Part shown: piece after piece, positions 53,499-64,000 of the stretch
How positions within the stretch are numbered: the first letter of the stretch is position 1
Layout of the letters: every line of letters begins with the position of its first letter
Assembly: GCF_009914755.1 (NCBI RefSeq)
Contig: NC_060947.1
Reading direction: 5' to 3' (one strand)
Source: the human T2T-CHM13v2.0 reference genome, Homo sapiens
DNA length: 64,000 nucleotides
Notes under the pieces: generated by a model
The model's database searches: none
What the model saw: only the letters and a program-made list of their open reading frames with translations
Told to the model about the DNA's origin: nothing
Made by a program: the position numbers and the translations under genes

Positions 53499-55036
53499 TA
53501 ACTATGCAACTTATCATATTGGTAAAGAAAAACAATATTGAAAGATGGAGAAAAATGATTCAATAAATGTTTAAACTTATACATAACTAAAATTACTAAC
53601 AAAGAATAGATTAATATTTTTCTCATTATGAAAAAAGATATCTTTTTAAAAAACCTATGAAAATATGTATTTAATTGTAAAATATTAGAAGGATGTCCAT
53701 TTTATTGAGAAACAAAAAAAATTTCTTCCATGACCCCTACTAGTTCACATTGTACTGGGAATTCAAAATGAAATATTTTAAGAAAAAGAATTAAGATATA
53801 TTACAATGAAAAAAACAAAGAAACAAAATTGTCATTGCTGATGATGAATTTCTTCATAATGAAACCAAGAGGATCTACAGATAAATGAAACTGGTAAGAA
53901 TGTCCAGCAAGGTTTCTAAGCGCATCAACATAAGATAACTAACAGTGTTTCTACATATCAGCAATAATCAATAAAAATTCTAACGGAAAAGAAATGATAA
54001 AATGCTATAATCATTTACAGTGTAACTTTCATAGAATAAATATAAAACATATGAGAAATACTTTTAAAGAGAAAAGTATACAACATTTTCAAAGAACATA
54101 AAAGTTTAAACAAATGGACAGTAAACTATATGCATGTATATAAAAGCTCAATATTATAAAATGAAAATTATCCCTCAAATTTAACTGTAAATTTAACACC
54201 ATTTCAATCAAAACCCTGTAAGGAATTTCTGGGCACTAGATAGATTCTAAAATTCATACTGAGTACTAAAAGGCAAGAAAATAACAAAAATAATTCTACT
54301 TAAAAAAACAATAATAGAAGAAAGAGTTGTTCTACTAGACATCAATACATAGGACAAAGTTATCTTAGCATTGATGCTGATCAATAAAACAAAGACTTCC
54401 AGCTCAAAAATGGTGGCATAGAAGCAAGTTGGTGTCACTCCTCTCCACAGAAACACAAAAACAAACATATAATAGTTATCTTATTACCATTAGTAGCCCA
54501 GAACTCAAATGTGAGCCAGAGAAGTAAAAAAGCTCTGAGCAGATGGTAAGAGTATTAGATTTCCATATTTACAATGCCCCTCTCCCCATTCTGCTGGGCA
54601 CCAAGTATGCTAAAAAAAAAAAAAAAAACAAAGTCCGCCAACTCACAGTTTCTACTTTGAAAGATGTAAAATTGAGATGGACAATCAGTTTCTCCACCAT
54701 CTTGATTTCTCTGGCAGAAGACCTGTCCCTGCCAAACCCATGTGAAGCATTGTGAGTGCCTGAAGAGGGCAGTATCCCTGAGGGCAGTCAAAGACAAAGT
54801 CGGGGCGGAGGGGAGCGGGCAGGGTGGGGTGGGTATACCATCCCCAAACCTGGAAAATTCTGATCTGTAATTCAGCCATAGGAGATACCAAATCAAACTA
54901 GCAATTCAGCAGCACCATGCTATAGGACTTTTATTCCACAGGTTTCCTGGGCATTAACTCCAACCACTCTTCCCACACCATCAGGATATTCCCTTTGAAA
55001 CTTCCCCCATTCAGGCTTAGCAGCACTCCGATCTTT

Positions 55037-55398
55037 TTGTTTGTTTGTTTGTTTTATTATACTTTAAGTTCTAGGGTACATGTGCACAACGTGCAGGTTT
55101 GTTACATATGTATACATGTACCATGTTGGTGTGCTGCACCCATTAACTCGTCATTTACATTAGGTATATCTCCTAATGCTATCCCTCCCCCCTCCCCCCT
55201 CCCCACGACAGGCCCCGGTGTGTGATGTTCCCCTTCCTGTGTCCAAGTGTTCTCACTGTTCAATTCCTACCTATGAGTGAGAACATGCGGTGTTTGGTTT
55301 TTTGTCCTTGTGACAGTTTGCAGAGACACTATAAAAACAGAGAATTTTAGACCAACATCCCTGATGAACATCGATGCAAAAATCCTCAATAAAATATT
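55037..55398 (-). mobile_element. Short L1PA4/5-like insertion with 5' inversion (twin-priming structure)
   Basis: Antisense 3'UTR and tail at 55037-55321; sense ORF2 piece at 55321-55398; TSD gatcttt at 55030-55036 and 55399-55405. Confidence 0.9.
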
Positions 55399-56460
55399 GA
55401 TCTTTGACTAGAGCTGAAAAGAGCCTGGACTTAGGGTACCACCTAGAGCTGGAAAGCCAGCAGCAAGCTAGCAGCAAAGAACCTCTACGCAAATATATTC
55501 ACTAAACACCAAAGCAAGCCAGACAGAAAATACAACCTACCAAGATTGAACCATACAGAAATAAAAAACCTCAATATGTCAATAATATATAGTGAGAGAA
55601 AAGACATAATAAAAAGTCTCCCATTAAAGATAAGCTCAGGACCTTCACTGCTGAATTCTACCAAATAACTAAAGAAGTACTAATACCAATTCTACTCAAA
55701 CTTTCCAAAAAATTAAAGAGAAGGGAATACTTCCAACCTCATTCTGTGAGGCCAGCATTACCTTGACATCCAAACTAAAAGAAAATGACAACAAAGACAG
55801 ATGCAAAAATCCTAAGCAAAATACTAACAAACTGAATTCACAATGATAAACTGGGATTAATCCCAGGGATGCAAGAGTGGTTTAATGTGTGCAAATCAAT
55901 GAACATGATACATCACATTAACAAAACCCAGAAAACACACATATGGTTAATTCAATATATGCTGAAAAGGCATTTGGTAAAATTTAACCTCAATTTATGG
56001 TAGAACTCCTCATTAAACTGCTTATAGAAGGAACATACTTTAAAATAATAAAGGCCATACATGAAAAACCCACAGCTAACAGAATTCTGAATCAGGGAAA
56101 TTTGAAGACCTTTCCTTTAAGATAATGAAAAAGACATAGGATGCCCATTTTTCCCACTTGTATTGAATAGTACTAGATTTCCTAGTCAGAGCAATTAAGT
56201 AAGAGAAAAAAAAATAAAGGACATTCAAATTGAAAAAGAAGTCAAATTAGCCTTGTTAGCAGATGGCATGATCTTATACTTAGAAAAACCTAAAGACTCA
56301 ACCAAAACACTATTAGAACTGATAAATTTAGTAAACTTGCAGAAAACAAAATTGACATACAAAAATCAGTAGCATTCCTATATACTAACAACAAACAATC
56401 CGAAAACAATAATGAAAGAAATTCCATTTACAATAGCTACAAAGAATGTAAAAGACATAG

Positions 56461-56802
<342 letters not shown>

Positions 56803-59470
56803 TAGCCAAAGATTTATATAAGAAAAACTGTAAAACACTGATGAGCAAAATGAAGAAGACCCCCAAATGGAAAGATTTCCCATGCACATGGATTGGAAGA
56901 TTCAATATTGTTAAGATAAGCATACTGACCAAACCAATCTACAGAATCAATGCAGTCCCTATCAAAACACCAATGACATTCTGCACTAAAATAGAAAATA
57001 AATCCTAAAATGTATATGGAACCACAGAAGACCCAGAATAGCCAAAACAATGCTGAGCAAAAAGAACGAAGCTGGAGCCATCACACTACCTGACTTCAAA
57101 ATTTACCACAAAGCTATAGAAACAAATCAGCAAGATACCGGCCTGAAAAGAGACACATAGACCAATGGAAGACATTAGAGAACCCAGATATAAATACACA
57201 CACTTACACCCAACTCATCTTCAACAAAGATGCTAAAAATATTCAATGGGGAAAGGATAGTCTTTTAATAAGTGGTGCTGGGAAAACGATCCAGTTTAGT
57301 AAACTTGTATGCAGAAGATAGAAACCAGACCTCTATCTCACATCATACAAAAAAATCAAATCAAAACATATTATATACTTAAATGTAAGGCCTGAAATCA
57401 CAAAAGTACTAGAAGAAAATATTGAAAATACACACTAGGGCATTGGTCTGGGCAAAGAGTTTTTTGTGTGTAAGACATCAAAAGCATAGGAAACAAAAGC
57501 AAAAGCAAACCAATGGGATCACATCAAGCTAAAAACCTTCTGCAAAGCACAGGAAAGAATCAAAAAAGTGAACAGACAATCCACAGAATGAGAGAAAATA
57601 TTTCCAAAGTACCCATCTGACAAGGGATTAGTAACCAGAAAATATAAGGAGCTCAAACAACTCACCAGCAAAATAAAAATAAAGAGAGAGAATAATTCAA
57701 TTAACATGGGCAAAATATCTGAATAGACATTTCTCAAAAGAAGACATACAAATGGCCAACAGATATAAGAAGAACATGCTCAACATAACTAATCATAAGA
57801 AAAATAAAAGTAAAAACTACAAGATACCGTCTAGCCCAAGATAAAATGGCTTTTATGAAATAGACAGACAGTAATAAATGCTGGCAAATGTGGAGAAACA
57901 GGAAACCTCAAACACTGAAAATAAGAATGTAAATTAAGTCAGTCACTATGGAGAACAGTATGAAGGCTCCTCAAAAAGCTAAAAATGTAAATACCATATG
58001 ATCCAGCAATTTCACCACTTGGTCTATATCCAAAAGAAAATCAATATATAAAAAAAAATATGTGAACTTCCACATTTATTGCACATTGTTCACAATAGCC
58101 AAAATATGAAATCAAACTAAGTGTTCATCAACAGATGACTGGATAAAGAAAATGTGGCATATATACACAATGGAATATTATTCAGGCATAAAAAGAATGA
58201 AATCCTGTCATCTGCAGTAATGTAAGTGGAACTGGAGGTCATGCAAACACAGAAAGACAAATATCACATGTGCTCAGTCATATTTGGTTCCCAAAAATTG
58301 GATCTCCTGGAGACACAGAATAGATTTGTGGTTACCAGAGGACAGGAATTTTAATGGGAAGGATGGAATAAAGAGAAATTAATTAATGAGTAGAAATATA
58401 TGGTTTAATAAATGAAGTTAGACCTAGTGTTAGATAAGTAGGGTGACTATAGTTTAAAACAATCTGTTGTTTATTTCAAAATAGCTAGAAGAGAATAATT
58501 CAAATGTTTCTAGCATAAAGACACATATTTAAGGTGCTGCATATCCAAAGTATATGAATTTAATCTTTAAAAATTATATGAATGTATTAAATTATAACAT
58601 GTATTCTAAAAGTATGTATGTATATTATGAATCAATAAAATTTAAAGATTCAGAATTGACACCCCAGAAAAAAGTCTATGCATATTAATACATGATGTGG
58701 TTGGCATTATAACTACATGAAAAAATTGGCTTCCCTTGTGATAAAAGCGAAAGTTCTTTTTCTCAGTATATCTAAAACGAATGAAAGATTCTTAGCTGTA
58801 TGTATGTTTAAAATATAATTTATAATTATTAGAAGAAAACATAAGGGATATCTTTGTAACCTCATGGTAGGAAAGAAGCTCTTAAACGTGACACAACAAA
58901 GCACATATTAGAAAATAAAATATTGATGGAGTTGACTATATCAAAATGTTAAAATAATTAAAAAACAGAAAGTTATAAGACAAGCCGAACTTGGAGAAGT
59001 TATTTGTGACATTCGCTTTAAAAATTTATTTAGCAATTGCAATATAAGGAAAATCAAATTCATGAGACACAATAGAAAATGGCCATCTTGCAGAAGAGGA
59101 AATTGGAATATCTAAGAAAAAAAAAACACAAAATATGTTGAACATCACTAGCGGTCTGAGGAAAAGAAACCAACACAATAATCTATCAGATTTGAACCTG
59201 CACCCCACAAGTGTTTATGAGAAGGTGGTTAAACATTGCTAGTATAAGTAAAGAAGAGCAATGTAATAATAGACCCCCAATGCTAAAACAATTTACATTT
59301 TAAATAGAGGCAACTACTATCAAGTAAACAAAATTAGGTACTTGATTGATTTAATAAATTTCTGTTTGTGATTGTTTCATGTTAGAAAAAAAGAGAAATT
59401 AGACTGTTCAGGAATACAAAGGGATCAGCTCAACCTACAGTTTTCCTTTTATTAAAAAAAAATATCTGGA

Positions 59471-59993
59471 AACATCCCTGTCTGACAGCTTTGAAGAGAG
59501 TAGTGGTTCTCCCAGCACGGAGTGGGAGATCTGAGAATGGACAGACTGCCTCCTCAAGTGGGTCCCTGGCCCCCAAGTAGCCTATCTGGGAAGCACCTCC
59601 CAGTAGGGGCTGACTGATACCTCATACAGCTGGGTGCCCCCCGAGACGAAGCTTCTAGAGGAAGGATCAGGCGGCAACATTTGCTGTTCTGCAATACTTG
59701 CTGTTCTGCAGCCTCTGCTGGTGATACCCAGGCAAACAGGGTCTGGAGTGGACCTACAGCAAACTCCAACAGACCTGCAGCTGAGGGTCCTGACTGTTAG
59801 AAGGAAAACTAACAAACAGAAAGGACATCCACGCCAAAACCCCATCTGTACGTCACCATCATCAAAGACCAAAGGTAGATAAAACCACAAAGATGGGGAG
59901 AAACCGGAGCAGAAAAGCTGAAAATTCTAAAAATCAGAGTGCCTCTTCTCCTCCAAAGGAATGCAGCTCCTCACCAGCAACAGAACAAAGCTG
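59471..59993 (+). mobile_element. L1PA5/6-like 5'UTR 3' half plus ORF1 start, orphan fragment
   Basis: ccctgtctgacagctttgaagagag...gataaaaccacaaagATGgggagaaac; no tail or TSD. Confidence 0.9.
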
Positions 59994-60000
59994 TTCTGTT

Positions 60001-63000
60001 TAAGGAGACATTAAATTTGATACCACAGGAAATCAAAGGATCATTAGTGACAACTTAGAGCAACTATATGCCAATAAATCAGAAAATCTAAAATAAATGG
60101 ATAAATTTCTAGACACATACAACCTATCAAGATTGAACTGTGAATAACTCTAAAACATGAACAGAACAATAAGTAACATGATTGAAGTTGTAACAAAAAG
60201 TACGAAGCAAAGAAAAGCCCAACACCCAATGGCTTCACTGCTGAATTCTACCAAATATTTAAGGAAGAACAAATAGCAGTCCTGCCAAAGGTATCCTGAA
60301 AATAGAAACAGAGGAAACACTTCCAAACTCATTCTACAATGCCAATATTACCCTGATACAAAAAAAAAATAGACAAAGACACATCAAAAGGAGAAAACTA
60401 CAAGCCAATATTGCTGATAAATATTGATGAAAAAATCTGAAACAAAATACTGGCAAATTGAATTCAATAACACATTCGAAACATCATTCATCAAGACCAA
60501 GTGGGACTTATCCAGGGATGCAAGGATGCAAGTATTTATCCTTCCAGGGATGCAAGGATGTTTAACATATGCAAAACAATCAATGTGATATATTGTATCA
60601 ACAAAATGAAGGACAAAAATTATACGATCATTTCAGCTGATTCTCAAAAAGCATTTGATACAATTCAACATGTCCTCATGATAAAAAAAAAAGACATTAA
60701 AAACCTGGGTGTAGAAGGAACATACCTCAACATAATAATACCTCAACATAATAAAAGCCATATACAGCAGACTCACAGATAGTATCCTACTGAATGGGGA
60801 AAAAAATGAGAGCCTTTCCTCAAAGAGTTGGAACATGACAAGAATGCCCACTTTAACCACTGCAGTTCAGCATAGTACTGGAAGTCCTAGCTAGAGTGAT
60901 CAGACAAGAGAATGAAAGAAAGGGCATCCAAATTACAAATAAAGAAGTCAAATTATCCTGATGGTCAGATGATATGACCTTACCTTTGGAGAAACCTAAA
61001 GACTCCAGCACAATACTATGAGAACTGATAAACTAATTCAATAAAGTTGCAGTATACAAAATCAACATGCAAAAAATCAGTAGCATTTTTATATGCCAAC
61101 AGGGAACAATCTGAAAAAGAAATCAATAAGCTAATTAAATTTACAATAGATACAAATAATGTACCTAGGAATTAAACTTAACCAAAGAAGTGAAAGATCT
61201 CTACCATAAAAACCATAATATACTGATGAAATAAATTGAAGAAAAGACAAGACTGCAAAGATATTTTACGTTTATGTATTAGAAGAATAAATATTGTTAA
61301 AATATCCATACTACCCGAAGTATCTACTCAATGAAATCTCTGTCAAAATAGCAATGATCTTCTTCACAGAAATAGAGAAAACGATGCTAAAATATATATG
61401 GAGTCACAAAAGACCCAGAATAGCTAAAGCTATCCTAAGCAAAAAGAACCAAACTGGAGAAATTATATTACTTAACTTCAAATTACACTACAGAGGTATA
61501 GTAACCAAGACAGCATAGCACAGGAATAAAAACAGACACACAGACCGAAAGAACAGAATAGACAACCCAGAAATAAATCCATACACTTACAGTGAGCTCA
61601 TTTTCCACAAGGGGGCCAAGAACATACATGGAGGAAAGGAGGTTCTCTTCAATAAACGGTGTTGGGAAAACTGGACATCTATATGGAAAAGAATGAAGCT
61701 GGACCACTGTCTCTCACCATATACAAAAATAAAATCTACACTGATTAAAAAAAAACCTTAAATCTAAGACATAACATTATAAAACTAGTACAAGAAAACT
61801 CCGGGGAAAATCTCCAGGACATTGGTCTGGGCAAAGATTTCTTGAGTAATACCCCACAAGCACAGGCAACCAAAGCAAACATGGACAAATGGAATCACAA
61901 GTTAAAAAGCTTCTGCATAGCGAAGAATACGATCAAGAAAGTGAAGAAGCAACCCACATATTGGAAGAAAATATTTGCAAACTAATCATCTATCAACTAA
62001 TAACCAGAATATATAAGGAGCTCAAACAACTCTATAGGAAAAAAATCTAATAATCCAATCAAAAATGGGCTGAAGATCTGAATAGACATTTCTCAAAAGA
62101 AGACATACAAATGGCCAACATATATATGAAAAGCTGACCAATATCATTGATCATAAGAGAAATGCAAATCAAAACTGCAATGAGATACCATCTCATCTTA
62201 GTTAGAATGGCTTTTATCCAAGTGTAAGGCAATAACACACGTGGATGAGGCTGTTGGGAAAAGGGAACCCTTGTATACTATTGGTGGGAATATAAGTTAG
62301 TAAAATTACTATGGAGAACTGTTTGGAGGTTTCTCAACAAACTAAAAATAGAACTTCCATAAGATCCATCAATCCCACTCCTATGTATATATTCAAAAGA
62401 AAGGAAATCAGTATATCAAAGAGATATCTGCACTCTCATGCTTATTACACCTTGGCTATTCACAATAGCCAAGATTTGGAAGCAATCTTAACGTCCATCA
62501 ACCTATACATGGATAAAGAAAAAGTGGTATATATACACAATGGAGTGCTATTCCTCCTTCAAAAAGAATGATATTCTGTCATTTGCTACCACATAGTTTG
62601 AGGTGGGTGTCATGATGTTACATGAAATAAACCAGACATAGAAAGACTAACCTTTCATGGTCTTAATTATTTGTGGGAGGTAAAAGTTAAAACAATTGAA
62701 CTCATGGAGATGGAGAGTAGAAGGCTGGCTACCAGAGGCTGGGAATGGTAGTGGGGGTATGGGGCTTAAGTGGCAATGGTTAATGGTACAAAAAAAAGTT
62801 AGAAATAATAAATAAGACCTAGTGTTTTCTAGCACAATAGTCAAATGTAATTTATAATCAAATGTATTTTAATTGTACATTTTAAAGTTACTAAATGAGT
62901 ATAATTAGATTGTAATACAAAGGATAAATGCTTGAGGTGATGGATACACCATTTACCCTGATGTGATTATTATGCATTGCATTCTTGTGACAAAATATCT

Positions 63001-63070
63001 CATGTAACCCATAACTACATAAACCTACCATGTACATACAAAACTAAAAAATAGAAATAAAAATAAATCT
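60001..63070 (+). mobile_element. L1MA (MA3/4-like) ORF2 and 3'UTR
   Basis: Continuous decayed ORF2 motifs (ORFs 60501-60782, 61294-61518) and A-rich 3' end. Confidence 0.9.
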
Positions 63071-64000
63071 GAATCAAATACTAACATTTGTTAAATCTCA
63101 GTGCTAGGTATACAGGTATTGCTATCAGCACCTTATGTTTTCTTGTATTTTGTACGTTTAAACTTCATATATATACAAAACTACATATATACATAAAACT
63201 TGGGTTCAAATGAAACTAACTGGACTTTTTGAGTGGGGTAAAGAACAAAATATTCTTTGGATTAGCAGGCTATTTCTAGGCTAAAGTTGAATTCGGGATA
63301 AACAGCAATAAAAGAATCAAGCAATCTTCGTGTGTGCATGTGTGTGTGTCACCTCATTTGAAGGGTTAGAGGTCTTGGGAAGAGGAATAGAAGATAATAT
63401 AGACATTAAGCAATATTCATGTTATACTTAAGATGGGTGAAAAAAGGATGAAAAGAAAGTTGAGTGACAGGAAGCGTCTTGAAGTCATAAATTTGTTTTT
63501 TATCTAATAGACTATTGGAGGTAAAACATCGTTTTTGAAGTAATGAGGTAACAAAAGTCATCTCCTGGGAAAACCACTCTGATGGAAGTTATGGGCTGGT
63601 ATAACTTGAACAAGCCTCTTCCTACCTGCTCTCATAAAGGAGGGCACAACACAATAGGAGTTTTTATTCCTGAATTCCTTCACCTCCTTATGCCATCTTG
63701 TAGGAAAGGATTTAAGACAGGCCCTTCTCTACCTATCTGCCACTTTTCCATCAAAAGAATTACAGAGTTTAGCAGTTTGGAGACAGTTTTCACAGATATT
63801 ATTCACTTTACCAGATAGTTCTTCTGTAGGATGGCATTTTCAATAAGGGTACATTGCTTACTGCCTTTAAAATATTATACAAAATAATTTTGCTATGAAA
63901 TGAAATGAAATGTCTATCTACTGTCAAACCACTTTTTCTTATATCTCTCCTGTAAAAGTAAATGAAAGAAGGAAATGATTCTGCATTTTTAGTCCAGGCA

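Noticed and set aside
54801-54834. G-rich tract with G-quadruplex potential
   Set aside because: Lies within an L1M 5'UTR fossil; nothing indicates function

Overview
This is AT-rich, repeat-dense primate (human-like) genomic DNA, not microbial. It is a nested mosaic of L1 (L1PA2/3 through old L1M/L1ME/HAL1), Alu, L2/MIR, MaLR (THE1/MST/MLT1), ERVL and ERV1 proviral fossils, and hAT/Tigger MITEs. I see no intact protein-coding gene, RNA gene or CRISPR array; the supplied ORFs are chance ORFs or transposon fragments. The most notable element is at ~46.7-48.4 kb. It is a frameshifted gag fossil whose pieces line up in order with the PNMA (paraneoplastic Ma antigen, Ty3/gypsy-derived capsid) family, directly followed by a candidate gypsy-type LTR with no pol between them. 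Other notable structures are an AluYd-type half-Alu with a full TSD, a twin-primed inverted L1, an orphan L1PA 5'UTR fragment ending in a fold-back, a 223-bp local copy of an L1/MaLR junction, and several templated-insertion scars. Subfamily names come from recalled consensus sequences, and boundaries are approximate unless a TSD is quoted.
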